Shown here in pieces: positions 1-10,043 of a stretch of 64,000 nt of DNA; the stretch's first letter is position 1; every line of letters begins with the position of its first letter. Location: positions 1,600,001 to 1,664,000 of the forward strand of contig OY970359.1 in assembly GCA_963718665.1 (NCBI GenBank), read 5' to 3'. Position numbers and translations under genes: made by a program. The DNA is from an uncultured Phycisphaerales bacterium. Its GTDB lineage: Bacteria > Planctomycetota > Phycisphaerae > Sedimentisphaerales > Anaerobacaceae. Under the pieces are notes generated by a model. It searched no databases, had not been told where the DNA came from, and was given only the letters and a program-made list of their open reading frames with translations.

Positions 1-94
1 ACTGGGGAGCGACGACTGCGCTGGGTTTTTGGCAGCCGACGGCTGTAAGAATAATGGCGGTCAACACGGCGTAAAGCAATATCCTGATTTTCAT
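1..94 (-). CDS. Putative lipoprotein, 5' end only (runs off the window)
   Basis: My translation MKIRILLYAVLTAIILTAVGCQKPSAVVAPQ: lipobox-like TAVGC, AAGAAGGA RBS upstream; not in the ORF track. Confidence 0.65.
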   Translation of the reverse strand, partial: MKIRILLYAVLTAIILTAVGCQKPSAVVAPQ

Positions 95-473
95 ACGATT
101 CCTTCTTTGCATAAACGAACAGACCCCCCTTCGTGCCTTTCAAGCGGCACTCGATGGATTCGACTAACAAATCAGGGTCTTATAATTAGTGTGTCGGCGA
201 AGCAGGGAGTGAATCTTTAATGGTATTAGCCAGGTACGAAGAATGGTGAAAATGCGCAAAAAAAAGGAGCATCACTGGGGTCCTACGAGCACCCACACCC
301 AAAATGCCCTGTAAGAGCCGCGCGGCGATACTCCTTATATTGTTGACTGCTGCCACAGAATATAGCAGTCGGAATATCTGTTTATAATGACGTATTATAT
401 CACAGATTTATTGCAAACTGCTATCAGAGCAACCCTGATTTTGATGGCAAAAATACCTGATTGGGTTTTTGGG

Positions 474-1127
474 TCAATCTTCCAGGGAGGTGATGCCCTT
501 GCGGATGGCGTATTTGGTCAGTTCAGCAACATTATGAATATTGAGCTTGCTCATTATCTGCCTGCGGTGCGTTTCGACTGTTTTGACGCTGATATGCAGT
601 TTTAGGGCGATTTGCTTGGTGGAATTGCCCTCCGCTATAAGCTGGACGACCTCTTTTTCCCTGTCAGTGAGGATGTCCGGGCCTGCGAACTCGGTTGTGG
701 CAAGCCGATGGAGATAATCCTCGATGACGACGCCGGATATGGCGGGGCTGAGATAAGTTTTGTCGTCGGCGACGGTTCGTATGGCTCTTGTAAGCTCCTC
801 GAAGGCGCAATCCTTGAGCAGGTATCCGGCTGCGCCGCTTTTGAGCATTTCTGTTACGAAAAGGGCGTCTGAATGCATCGAAAGGGCGATAATTTTAATG
901 TCGGGTGATTTTGCGAGTATTTGCTTTGTGGCTTCGACCCCGTTGAGGTCGGGCATAGTTACGTCCATAATTATGACATCCGGGGCAAGCTCAGCGGCCA
1001 GCCGAACAGCAGCCCGACCATTATCCGCCTCGGCTACAACCTCCATATCTTTTTGTTTTTCGAGCAGTGAACGGAGACCCTGGCGTGTGATTTTGTGGTC
1101 ATCTGCCAACAGGATTCTTGTGCTCAT
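474..1127 (-). CDS. NarL/LuxR-family DNA-binding response regulator
   Basis: REC domain (LLADDH, IIMDVTMP) plus C-terminal LuxR HTH (LTDREKEV...ISVKTVETHR). Confidence 0.95.
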   Translation of the reverse strand: MSTRILLADDHKITRQGLRSLLEKQKDMEVVAEADNGRAAVRLAAELAPDVIIMDVTMPDLNGVEATKQILAKSPDIKIIALSMHSDALFVTEMLKSGAAGYLLKDCAFEELTRAIRTVADDKTYLSPAISGVVIEDYLHRLATTEFAGPDILTDREKEVVQLIAEGNSTKQIALKLHISVKTVETHRRQIMSKLNIHNVAELTKYAIRKGITSLED

Positions 1128-1169
1128 TTTCGTTCTCCTGTCCCGCTGGTTATTTCGACACAGACCGGG

Positions 1170-3584
1170 TTACACGGGTTGTTTTTTCTTTGTCCGCCGC
1201 CGGCCGTTTTTTCCAGAGCGGGCGCCTGAAAAACGGATGCGTGGTATCTTTGGTTTTTCTATTGGGGCAGTCATGATGATTTGCGTGCCTTTTTTTCGCC
1301 CTGACTGTATGATAACACTTCCGCCTATCTGGTCAAGTCGTTCCCGGATATTAAACAGTCCGAAACCCCCTTTTGTAAAGTCCTTGGCAGGATTTAGGGC
1401 CGTGATGTCGAAGCCGACGCCGTTGTCCTCGACAGTAACCTGAATATTGTCATCAACTGCGCGGGCGTAAACTTTCGCCTTTTTGGCTCTGGCGTGCTTG
1501 ACTACGTTGACTAAGAGTTCTCGCACCGCCTGGAACAGCAGCACCCGGATATCAGCGTTAAGTGGTTTTGGTTTTTCGTCGTTTATGAATTCGACATCCA
1601 GGCCGAATCGCTGCCTGGTTTGTCTGGTTAACCAGCCAACGGCTGCCTCGAAACCAAACTCGTAAAGAACGGGCGGGCTTATTTCGAAAGTAAGCGACCT
1701 AGATGCATCGATGGTCTGCGAGATTAGGTTGATTACCTCTTTGAGCGATTTGGCCAGGCTTGGTTTGACGTCGTCTTTCAGCGATTCGAGTTTAATTTTG
1801 GAAATGGCGAGGTTCTGGGCTATGTGGTCGTGGAGCTCGGCGGCGATTCGTCTTCTGAGCCGTTCCTCAGCCAGCGAAAGTTCCGAGGCGAGAGAGCGCA
1901 GTTGCTGCTGATAGAGCATAAGTTTTTCTTCCGCCTCTTTTCGTTGTGTGATGTCCTGGGCCGTGCCTTCGTAATAGAGAATTTTGCCTTTGGCGTCTTT
2001 TACGGCAAAGGCGCTTTCGGAAACGAAAAGCTTTGTGCCGTCGGGTCTGAGCCAGATGGACTCAAGACCGATGACCCTGCCTTCTTTTTTTATGAGTTTT
2101 TTGAATATGGAGCGTGGCGTTGACGGGTCAAATCCCTTTTTTTCAATGTTGAATTTTGCCAGTTGTTTAAATGACCGGCAGCCCATCATTTTGATAAGAG
2201 CGGGGTTGGCAAGCAGTATTTGCCCGTTTGGTGTGGTTCTGTAAAGTCCGACGATTGTGTTTTCAAAGATGCTTCTGAATCGCACTTCGGCGTCTCGCAG
2301 GGACTTTTCGGCGTGTTTGCGCTCGGCGACTTCTTTTTGTAAAGTTTCAACTGCCTTGGCCAGGTCGGCGGTTCTTTGCTTTACTCTTATTTCAAGCTCT
2401 TCGTGTGCTTTTTGAAGCTGTTCTTCTGCCTTTTTGCGTTCAGTGATGTCTTTTATGATTCCCTGCGTTCCGGCGGTTTTGCCGTCCTGTATGATGAGGG
2501 ACGAGCTAAGTTCGATAAATACGCGGGAGCCGTCTTTCTTTTTGGCCTCGAGGTAGAGGACGCCGTGCTTTTTACCCTGCAGTTTTTCGGCGAATTTATT
2601 AACGGCTTTTGGTATTTCAGATTCGACCAGAAAATTTGTGAAGTTTTTACCGACCATTTCTTGCGGCTTGTAACCGAATATCTTTTCGCTGGCAGGCGAC
2701 AGGTATGTTATGAAACCTCTTGTGTCGGTCATAAAAACCATATCGGAGCTTCGTTCGGCAAGACCTCTGAATTTTTCTTCGGACTGCCGCAGGGCATCTT
2801 CGGTGTGTTTGCGTTCGGTTGTGTCGGTGAAAAAGCCGACAAAACAGGCCTTGTTGTTGATGACAATGCGGGTTGCGCTGATATCGGCGTAAAAAACGGT
2901 TCCGTTTTTGCGAAGACACGGTATGTTTTGGGTGAATGCTACTTCACTTCGCATAAGAGCTTCGAATCGGCCCGACACATACCGCAAGTGTTCCTTTGGG
3001 TGTATATCGTTTACGGCCATACGAGTCAGTTCTTCAGCGGTGTAGCCGAACATTTTGCAGATAGCCGGATTGGCGTAAATAAACTGCCTCGTTTCAATAG
3101 TTCCGACTATGATTCCTTCCCTTGCGGATTCGAATATCGCCTTATATCTGGTTTCGGATTCCAGCAGGGCCAGCTCTGCTTTTTTTCGCTCGGTGATATC
3201 CCGGTTTGCGCCGATGATGCCTATTATATTTCCGTTTTTGTCCCGCCAGGGCAATTTTGTGCACAAGCTCCAGTTTTCCTGCCCGTCTTTGCGGCGGGTC
3301 CTGTGCACTTCCTCGTTCATAATTGGCTTGCCGGTTTTTATTATCTCCTGCTCGGCTGTATAGAATGTGCCGGCTAATTCGGGCTCAAATAAATCAAAAT
3401 CACTCTTGCCGGTCGGGTCTCCCGAAAAAGGCAGGTCTGAGTCCTTTTCTACTGCTTTATTGCAGATGACGAATCGGCCTTTCGTGTCCTTTACATAAAG
3501 GCGGTCAGGCAGGGCGTCTATAAGGGTTCGCAGGAGTTCAATTTCCTGGATAAGCTGTTCTTTGGTTTTATCTGAATCGTTCAT
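1170..3584 (-). CDS. Multi-PAS sensor histidine kinase (HisKA_3 type)
   Basis: Four PAS/PAC repeats ending DITERK-like; H-box IAAELHDHIAQ; HATPase ELLVNVVKHA, EDNGVGF, GFGL. Confidence 0.93.
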   Translation of the reverse strand: MNDSDKTKEQLIQEIELLRTLIDALPDRLYVKDTKGRFVICNKAVEKDSDLPFSGDPTGKSDFDLFEPELAGTFYTAEQEIIKTGKPIMNEEVHRTRRKDGQENWSLCTKLPWRDKNGNIIGIIGANRDITERKKAELALLESETRYKAIFESAREGIIVGTIETRQFIYANPAICKMFGYTAEELTRMAVNDIHPKEHLRYVSGRFEALMRSEVAFTQNIPCLRKNGTVFYADISATRIVINNKACFVGFFTDTTERKHTEDALRQSEEKFRGLAERSSDMVFMTDTRGFITYLSPASEKIFGYKPQEMVGKNFTNFLVESEIPKAVNKFAEKLQGKKHGVLYLEAKKKDGSRVFIELSSSLIIQDGKTAGTQGIIKDITERKKAEEQLQKAHEELEIRVKQRTADLAKAVETLQKEVAERKHAEKSLRDAEVRFRSIFENTIVGLYRTTPNGQILLANPALIKMMGCRSFKQLAKFNIEKKGFDPSTPRSIFKKLIKKEGRVIGLESIWLRPDGTKLFVSESAFAVKDAKGKILYYEGTAQDITQRKEAEEKLMLYQQQLRSLASELSLAEERLRRRIAAELHDHIAQNLAISKIKLESLKDDVKPSLAKSLKEVINLISQTIDASRSLTFEISPPVLYEFGFEAAVGWLTRQTRQRFGLDVEFINDEKPKPLNADIRVLLFQAVRELLVNVVKHARAKKAKVYARAVDDNIQVTVEDNGVGFDITALNPAKDFTKGGFGLFNIRERLDQIGGSVIIQSGRKKGTQIIMTAPIEKPKIPRIRFSGARSGKNGRRRTKKKQPV

Positions 3585-4078
3585 TGTTTAGTCCGCGGAT
3601 GCTGGCGGTCAAGACCGAAGGTCCTGAGCCAGAGTTCGGTTTCACTTTCTGTCAGGCCCGTGCGTTTGGCGGCCGGTTCTTTGCCTCGTTTTTGTTTGCT
3701 GAGCCGTTTTGTTACTATGGCCCAGAATTCATCGGATTTGATGGAGGTTGCTTTTCGTGCGGAAGCAGCGTCTCGAATTTTACGGTCGGTGCTGACGATA
3801 GTCAGGTGTGCGGGGGCGGTGCTGTCGAGTATTCTCTGTTCAATAATGGTGTCGCAATCGGTATTGCGGCCGGAGAAGGTGATTTCCAGATTGCTTAAAT
3901 TGTTGAATCCGGTTTTGTCGGGCGGGCCTATGCCGTCGAAGATGATTTCGGCTTTGTCGCGTGTAATGCCGAAGTATGTATCGAGGGCCTGACACATCGC
4001 GACATCGGTTACGGATGTGTCTTCATCGGGGTTTTGAATGGCCCACAGCAGATTGTGTCCGTCGATAATAACCGGCAT
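3581..4078 (-). CDS. NYN/YacP-like PIN-fold RNase domain protein
   Basis: IIDGHNL, IIFDG, DCDTII, VSTDRKI motifs. Confidence 0.8.
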   Translation of the reverse strand: MPVIIDGHNLLWAIQNPDEDTSVTDVAMCQALDTYFGITRDKAEIIFDGIGPPDKTGFNNLSNLEITFSGRNTDCDTIIEQRILDSTAPAHLTIVSTDRKIRDAASARKATSIKSDEFWAIVTKRLSKQKRGKEPAAKRTGLTESETELWLRTFGLDRQHPRTKQ

Positions 4079-4096
4079 CGTTCAACACCGCCTTGC

Positions 4097-5422
4097 TTAC
4101 GGCGGACAGGATTTCGCAGAAAACCTTATTTCTCCGCCGACGATTGTTTTTTCAACCCTGCCCTTAACGATCCAGCCGTTATATGGGCAGTTTTTGCTTT
4201 TTGAGCGGAATGTGTTTACGTCGATTTTGTATTCGGCGTTGGGGTCGATGATTGTTACGTCGGCCTGTTTGCCTTTTGACATTGTTCCCTTGTCCACGCC
4301 GATGATTTTCGCGGGCTTTTCCGCCATCAGCCGAATTAGTCCGGGCCAGTCGAGGATTCCCGGCTCAATCAGCGCCTTGATATACAGAGGCAAAGCGCAC
4401 TCCAGCCCGATGAGTCCGAACGGCGCCGCCAGAAACTCAAGCTCCTTTTCGCTTTGCAGGTGCGGGGCGTGGTCGGTAACTAATGCGTCAACCAGCCCGT
4501 TGGCAATCGCTTCTTTCAGGGCCTCGATGTCCTTTTCGGTTCGCAAGGGCGGGTTTACCTTGTAGTTGGTGTCGTATTCGGCGCAGCATTTTTCAGTCAG
4601 CAGCAGGTGATGAGGTGTTACCTCGCAGGTTACAGGCAGGCCCAGTTTTTTTGCTGCTCGAATCAGCTCGACGGAGCCGGCGGTCGAGATATGCTGTGCG
4701 TGATAGCGAACCGTTCCCGCCTTTATTTTTTTGACGAGCTGAATATCGCGCCAGAGCATCGCTTCTTCGGCAAGCGGGTCAAGACCCGGCAGGCCGAGGA
4801 TTGTTGAGTAATAGCCGGAGTTCATCACGCCTTTGCCGGCGATTTTATCATCCTGGCAGTGCTGGGCGATGACGATGTTAAACATCTGGGCATACTTGAG
4901 CGCACGCAGCATTACCGAGGCGTCCTGAACGCCTGAGCCGTCGTCTGTGAAACCGACTGCTCCGGCCTGGGACATAAAGCCCATCTCGGCAAGCTCAACG
5001 CCTTCTCTTCCTTTAGTTATGGAACCCATTGTGTAAACGTGCGTTTTCCTGGCTTTTCTCGCTTTTCGATGGACGTATTCGACGTCTGTTTCATCTTCTA
5101 TTGGAGGGGTTGTATTGGGCATACAAACAACCGATGTGAATCCCCCCGCGACCGCGGCGGCTGAACCGCTGGCGATTGTTTCTTCTTCTTCATCGCCGGG
5201 TTCGCGGAAATGAACGTGTATATCAATAAGGCCCGGCACGACGAGTTTGCCCGTCGCGTCGATAACATTTGCGACGGGTTTCCTGACGCGTCCGACCTCG
5301 ACAAATTTTTCGTCGGCAATCAGCACGTCGCATTTTCTGTTGATTCTGTTTGCCGGGTCGATTACGTGACCGTTTTTTATAAGCAGCTCATCGCCCATAA
5401 GTTTTTTTGCTTTATTAACCAT
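4097..5422 (-). CDS. pyrC: Dihydroorotase
   Basis: DIHVHFREPG, MPNT, KVNPPLR, TDHAPH; in pyr operon. Confidence 0.95.
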   Translation of the reverse strand: MVNKAKKLMGDELLIKNGHVIDPANRINRKCDVLIADEKFVEVGRVRKPVANVIDATGKLVVPGLIDIHVHFREPGDEEEETIASGSAAAVAGGFTSVVCMPNTTPPIEDETDVEYVHRKARKARKTHVYTMGSITKGREGVELAEMGFMSQAGAVGFTDDGSGVQDASVMLRALKYAQMFNIVIAQHCQDDKIAGKGVMNSGYYSTILGLPGLDPLAEEAMLWRDIQLVKKIKAGTVRYHAQHISTAGSVELIRAAKKLGLPVTCEVTPHHLLLTEKCCAEYDTNYKVNPPLRTEKDIEALKEAIANGLVDALVTDHAPHLQSEKELEFLAAPFGLIGLECALPLYIKALIEPGILDWPGLIRLMAEKPAKIIGVDKGTMSKGKQADVTIIDPNAEYKIDVNTFRSKSKNCPYNGWIVKGRVEKTIVGGEIRFSAKSCPP

Positions 5423-6392
5423 TTTGTACTTGTGCCTGTTTTTCAGCCGCGGCCTGGTTCACCAGGAACAGCACAGCCATTCTTACGGTGACGCCGTTGG
5501 TTACCTGCTGGAGTATGACACTGTTTTTACCGTCGGCGACTTCACTTTCTATTTCGAGTCCCCTGTTGATTGGGCCGGGGTGCATAACGAGTATGTCGGA
5601 CTTTGCCCTTTTCATTCTCTCCACGGTCAGGCCGAAGTAGTGAGAGTATTCGCGTACCGAAGGGAACGGGTTGCCGCCTAAGCGTTCAAACTGGATTCGG
5701 AGCATATTTATTACGTCAACTTTTTCGATAACGTCATCGAGCGAGTAGCTGATTTTGACGGGCAGCTGCTCGACTTTGGGCGGCATCAGCGTCGGAGGCC
5801 CGACGAATGTTACCTCGGCCCCGAGTTTTGTCATTGCCCACATATCACTGCGGGCAACCCGTGAATGCGATATATCGCCTACGATTGCGATTTTTAGTCC
5901 CTTGAGCGAACCTTTGCGTTTGCGGATAGTGAAGACGTCTAGCAGGCCCTGGGTGGGGTGTTCGCAGTAGCCGTCGCCGGCGTTGACGACGCAGGCGTTG
6001 ATATATTTGCTGAGAAGCGTAGGCGCGCCGCCCGCGTTGTGACGGATGACAACGATATCGATGCCCATCGCTTCGAGGTTACGTGCGGTGTCGAGAAGCG
6101 TCTCGCCCTTGCTGACGGAGCTGTCTTTTTTGGTGAATTCGACGACATCGGCACTTAGCCGATTGGCGGCCAGGGCGAAGCTGTTTCGTGTGCGGGTGCT
6201 GTCCTCGAAGAAGAGATTGACCACGAGCTTGCCTCGCAGGGGCGGGGCTTTTTTTACCGCTCTTGCGCTTATTTCCTCGAAGCCCTGCGCGGTGTCGAGG
6301 ATGTAAGTAATTTCCTGGGCGGTTAATTCTCTAAGGCCGAGCAGATGTTTACGCTGCCATTTAAATTCCTTTATTTTGCCCTTTTCAGCCAT
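5415..6392 (-). CDS. pyrB: Aspartate carbamoyltransferase catalytic subunit
   Basis: FFEDSTRT, HPTQGLLD, MHPGPINRG. Confidence 0.96.
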   Translation of the reverse strand: MAEKGKIKEFKWQRKHLLGLRELTAQEITYILDTAQGFEEISARAVKKAPPLRGKLVVNLFFEDSTRTRNSFALAANRLSADVVEFTKKDSSVSKGETLLDTARNLEAMGIDIVVIRHNAGGAPTLLSKYINACVVNAGDGYCEHPTQGLLDVFTIRKRKGSLKGLKIAIVGDISHSRVARSDMWAMTKLGAEVTFVGPPTLMPPKVEQLPVKISYSLDDVIEKVDVINMLRIQFERLGGNPFPSVREYSHYFGLTVERMKRAKSDILVMHPGPINRGLEIESEVADGKNSVILQQVTNGVTVRMAVLFLVNQAAAEKQAQVQNG

Positions 6393-6427
6393 ACCTGGCG
6401 ACCGCCTTAACTTAATTTTTAATCAGG

Positions 6428-6955
6428 TTATTCGACTATGACCTGTTCTTTGTTGTCCGATTCTTTCAAAAGCACCTGGACCAATTTTCCCGGTTTTGCG
6501 TCCGTCTTGTAGCCGGCGTAGTCGGCCTGGACGGGAAATTCTCTCCCGGCCCTGTCAACGAGCACCGCCAGACGAATTGCCTTTGGTCTGCCCAGGTCAA
6601 TCAGCGCGTCCATCGCCGCCCTGGCTGACCTGCCCGTATGCAGAACGTCATCGACCAGGATTATGATTTTGTCGTCGATATCGAAGCGAATTTCCGTGGT
6701 GCGGACCCGCGGTTGCGAGCCGCTTTTTGGCGAATTTAGGTCGTCGCGGTAGAGAGTGATATCGAGCGTCCCGCAAGGTATGTCGCTGCCGATTTTTTCG
6801 GAGAGCCGTTTTGCTAATCGTTGCGCGACGATTTCGCCTCTGCTGCGAATTCCTATTACGGCTATTTCAACGCCCTCGGGAATATCAGCGACAATTTGGC
6901 TTGTCAGCTTGTTGAGGATACTGACGATTTGTTTGGCGTTCAGCAATACCTTCAT
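6428..6955 (-). CDS. pyrR: Bifunctional pyr operon regulator / uracil phosphoribosyltransferase
   Basis: LDITLYRDD, LVDDVLHTGRS, LVDRAGREFP. Confidence 0.95.
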   Translation of the reverse strand: MKVLLNAKQIVSILNKLTSQIVADIPEGVEIAVIGIRSRGEIVAQRLAKRLSEKIGSDIPCGTLDITLYRDDLNSPKSGSQPRVRTTEIRFDIDDKIIILVDDVLHTGRSARAAMDALIDLGRPKAIRLAVLVDRAGREFPVQADYAGYKTDAKPGKLVQVLLKESDNKEQVIVE

Positions 6956-7089
6956 TTGTCGCTATTGGCCCTCTTTTGGAACATGCTTAAGTTTGAAAAA
7001 TTATATCAATTCCGGGTTTGAAAAGCAAGACCAGATAGCAACTGTTTTTTCATTTTCTATCCAACGGCTTTGAAGGTATAATTGATTTT

Positions 7090-7278
7090 ATGATTCGTAA
7101 AACCGTGCAAAAACATCGCTTGGACAAAGATTCTGAAATCAGGAAGAACTTGGAGTATTGGCTTAGCAGGACGCCTGAAGAACGTCTTTCGGCTGTGGAG
7201 ATATTAAGACGGCAGGTATATGGAGATTCACAAGGACTTCAAAGAGTTGTTAGAGTTGTTAAACTCTCACAAAGTTGA
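7090..7278 (+). CDS. Small protein, putative antitoxin partner of the downstream nucleotidyltransferase
   Basis: 62 aa, YWLSRTPEERL motif; overlaps the next gene; TATAAT just upstream. Confidence 0.6.
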   Translation: MIRKTVQKHRLDKDSEIRKNLEYWLSRTPEERLSAVEILRRQVYGDSQGLQRVVRVVKLSQS

Positions 7279-7666
7279 GTATCTTGTCGTGGGCGGATAC
7301 GCGTTGGCATTTCACGGTGCTCCCCGCTTTACCGGTGATATCGACCTTTTTGTTAAGCCGGAGGATGCGAATGCGAAGCGTATTTTATCGGTGCTCGACG
7401 AATTCGGTTTCGGCTCACTGAATTTTTCGGAGTCGGACTTTACGTCGCCGGATAATGTTGTGCAGCTTGGGGTGTCTCCTGTGCGTGTTGATATTATGAC
7501 TTCACTTACCGGCGTATCATGGGAGAAGGCACAAGCAGGCAAAATTCGTGGCAGTTACGGCACGACAGTCGTTTCCTTCATAAGCAAGGAAGATTTAATC
7601 GCCAATAAAAAGGCGCTCGGCAGGAACAAAGACCTGGCTGATATCGAGGCGCTGGGCGACAAATAA
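7220..7666 (+). CDS. Predicted nucleotidyltransferase (minimal NTase, TA-like)
   Basis: VVGGYALAFHG...RFTGDIDL and KKALGRNKDLAD motifs. Confidence 0.8.
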   Translation: MEIHKDFKELLELLNSHKVEYLVVGGYALAFHGAPRFTGDIDLFVKPEDANAKRILSVLDEFGFGSLNFSESDFTSPDNVVQLGVSPVRVDIMTSLTGVSWEKAQAGKIRGSYGTTVVSFISKEDLIANKKALGRNKDLADIEALGDK

Positions 7667-7725
7667 TCCACGTTTATTCAGCAGTGCAGTTAATAGGATG
7701 CCTCTGCCGAAAAGCGGCAGAAATG

Positions 7726-7752
7726 AAAAAGCCCCGTGGAGAGGGGGCTTTT
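7726..7752. terminator. Bidirectional intrinsic terminator
   Basis: AAAAAGCCCC-gtggagag-GGGGCTTTT between convergent genes. Confidence 0.75.
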
Positions 7753-7787
7753 GTAATCAGGTTAGCAAATATACACTTGTGGCGTAA

Positions 7788-9290
7788 TTAATCTTTCGGA
7801 ATTGTCAGGACGACGAATATACTGCTTTTTTCGTATCTGACACGGAGCATTACTTTTCCTTCTTTAGCAGCCGCTTCTACCGCTTCTTTGAATTCCCTGA
7901 CGTTTTCAACCGGCTTACGGTTCACTTCCTGGATTAAGCTTCCGGGCTGAATACCCGCCATTGCTGCCGGAGAGTCGGATTCCACGTCGGTAACGAGGAC
8001 TCCTTTTTGTCCAACGAACCCAAACTGTTTGGCTAAATCGTCGGTGAGATTCTGGACGGTGATACCGAGTTTTTCTGATGCCTGCTCTTTTGTAGTATTT
8101 GCGGCAATTTGCTCATCGGATGGTCTTTCTTCGAGTTTGGCGGTAAGCGTCTGCTTTTTGCCATCCCGCAGGATGGTGATTTCAACTTCGCTGCCCGGTT
8201 TTTTCATTGCTACGCGTCTTTGGAATTCCGCTGCTTTTTCGACCGGCTGGCCGTCAAACGCAGTGATGATGTCTCCGGCTTTGAGACCCGCCCTGGCTGC
8301 CGCGGAATCAGGTGAAACATCGGGAACAATGACGCCCTTGGTGTCCTTTAGTTTGAACGATTCCGCCAGGTCGGGCGTGATGTCCTGGATGGTAACGCCA
8401 AGGAATCCACGAACGACTTTTCCTTTTTGGACAAGCTGGTCGTAAACGGACTTTGCCATATTTATCGGGATAGCCAGACCAATGCCTATGTTAATGTTTG
8501 CCCCGACTATGGCGGTGTTGATGCCGACGACTTTTCCGTCGAGGTCAATCAGCGGGCCGCCTGAGTTGCCGGGGTTGATTGCCGCGTCGGTTTGTATAAA
8601 GTCCTCGTATGTTGAAAGCCCCAGGCCGCTTCTGCCTTTTGCGCTGACGATGCCGACTGTAACTGTGTGGCTAAGCCCGAAGGGATTGCCTATGGCGATT
8701 ACCCACTCGCCAACTTCAATTGTGTCGGAGTCGGCCATTTCAAGGGTGTGCAGGTCGTTGGCGTCAATTTTGATGACCGCTACTTCGGTGGACGGGTCTG
8801 TGCCGACGAGTTTCGCCTGCAATTCCCGGCCGTCGAGCAATGTTACCGTGATTTTCTCGGCGTCTTCGACGACGTGATTATTTGTGAGGATGTAGCCGTC
8901 CTTTGAGACGATAAAGCCGGAGCCCTGAACGGGCCTGATGATTTTTCTTTGCTGTGGTTGTCGTTGCTGTTGTTGTGGTTGTTGCCGGCGGAACTGCCTG
9001 CCAAAAAATTGCTGGAAGAATTCATCGTCAAAAGGCGAATCGCCAAAGGGCCCGGAATATGTCTGGGTTATGGCCTGGTTTGCTTTGATACTTACTACGG
9101 CTGGCGAATCCTTTTCCGCGATTGAGGCAAACGCCTTACCAAGCTGGCGAAGAGTATCGATACTTTTTGAATCCTCAGCAAGGGCTGATAATGGCGAAAT
9201 TAGCGAAAAAACGATGAGAACGAAGCTGATACGAGATAGTGTTTTGTGTTTAGACGGTTTTACTATAGTAGTCATTTTCCTGGTCTCCAA
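7788..9290 (-). CDS. HtrA/DegP-DegQ family serine protease with two PDZ domains
   Basis: Signal peptide, GSGF, TNNHV, TDAAINPGNSGGPL, two PDZ domains. Confidence 0.95.
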   Translation of the reverse strand: METRKMTTIVKPSKHKTLSRISFVLIVFSLISPLSALAEDSKSIDTLRQLGKAFASIAEKDSPAVVSIKANQAITQTYSGPFGDSPFDDEFFQQFFGRQFRRQQPQQQQRQPQQRKIIRPVQGSGFIVSKDGYILTNNHVVEDAEKITVTLLDGRELQAKLVGTDPSTEVAVIKIDANDLHTLEMADSDTIEVGEWVIAIGNPFGLSHTVTVGIVSAKGRSGLGLSTYEDFIQTDAAINPGNSGGPLIDLDGKVVGINTAIVGANINIGIGLAIPINMAKSVYDQLVQKGKVVRGFLGVTIQDITPDLAESFKLKDTKGVIVPDVSPDSAAARAGLKAGDIITAFDGQPVEKAAEFQRRVAMKKPGSEVEITILRDGKKQTLTAKLEERPSDEQIAANTTKEQASEKLGITVQNLTDDLAKQFGFVGQKGVLVTDVESDSPAAMAGIQPGSLIQEVNRKPVENVREFKEAVEAAAKEGKVMLRVRYEKSSIFVVLTIPKD

Positions 9291-9488
9291 ATAATCGATG
9301 TTTAGAAATACACGCCCAAAACCTCTTTATACCACCGGGGTTACATGGCTTTAATACGATTTTATCGACCTTGTGTTCGGCTGGTCTAAAGCTTTTTTGG
9401 AAAGGGGGTTGACAGGATGCCGGGACGAGGTTAGAAGCAGTAATAAGGCGATAGTGTTAAATAAAAGAAGATTTTTGGGAGGTCAGAT

Positions 9489-9953
9489 ATGCTGGTGCTG
9501 GAGTATCTAAAGAAATCGGGGGTAAAATACGAATCAAGGGAGCACAAGCCGACGTTCAGCGCACAGCAAATGGCGGCTGTTGAGCATGAGCCGGGCAGGT
9601 TTGTTGTCAAACCGGTTGTGGTCAAGGTTGACGGCAAATACGTAATGTGTGTGCTCGCGGCCTGCTGTAAAGTGGATTTGGGGGCGCTGAAAAAGCAGCT
9701 TGGGGCCAAATCGGTGGAGCTTGCCGAAGAAGAAGAGATTGGACGTCTCTTCGGCAATTGCGAGCTTGGCGCCGAACCGCCTTTCGGAAATTTGTATGAC
9801 ATCCCCACGATTATGGATAAGGCGCTTGAAGGCGACGACCATATAATGTTCCAGGCGGGTGTGCACGACAAGGCAATCCTGATGAAGATGGACGACTACC
9901 GCAAGCTGGTCAAGCCGAAGATTCTGGAATTCAGCTACCACCTCGGCTCGTGA
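9489..9953 (+). CDS. YbaK/EbsC aminoacyl-tRNA deacylase family protein
   Basis: VVKPVVV, CELGAEPPFG motifs. Confidence 0.85.
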   Translation: MLVLEYLKKSGVKYESREHKPTFSAQQMAAVEHEPGRFVVKPVVVKVDGKYVMCVLAACCKVDLGALKKQLGAKSVELAEEEEIGRLFGNCELGAEPPFGNLYDIPTIMDKALEGDDHIMFQAGVHDKAILMKMDDYRKLVKPKILEFSYHLGS

Positions 9954-9969
9954 ATTAGTAGGCGTGAAC

Positions 9970-10001
9970 AAAAAAAGACCCCCGATGAATCGGGGGTCTT
10001 T
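9970..10001. terminator. Bidirectional intrinsic terminator
   Basis: AAAAAAAGACCCCCGAT-ga-ATCGGGGGTCTTT between convergent genes. Confidence 0.8.
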
Positions 10002-10043
10002 ATAATGAATCATTGTAGCACGGCCATCTTGGCCGTGCTTTCA

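Noticed and set aside
2376..3377. Long antisense ORFs (also 11449-12513, 30778-31560, 52444-53208, 62508-63455)
   Set aside because: Shadow frames of well-supported genes on the opposite strand, without motifs
8950..8985. CAA/CAG-rich repeat in the HtrA gene as a contingency locus
   Set aside because: Imperfect in-frame poly-Gln linker in a variable loop
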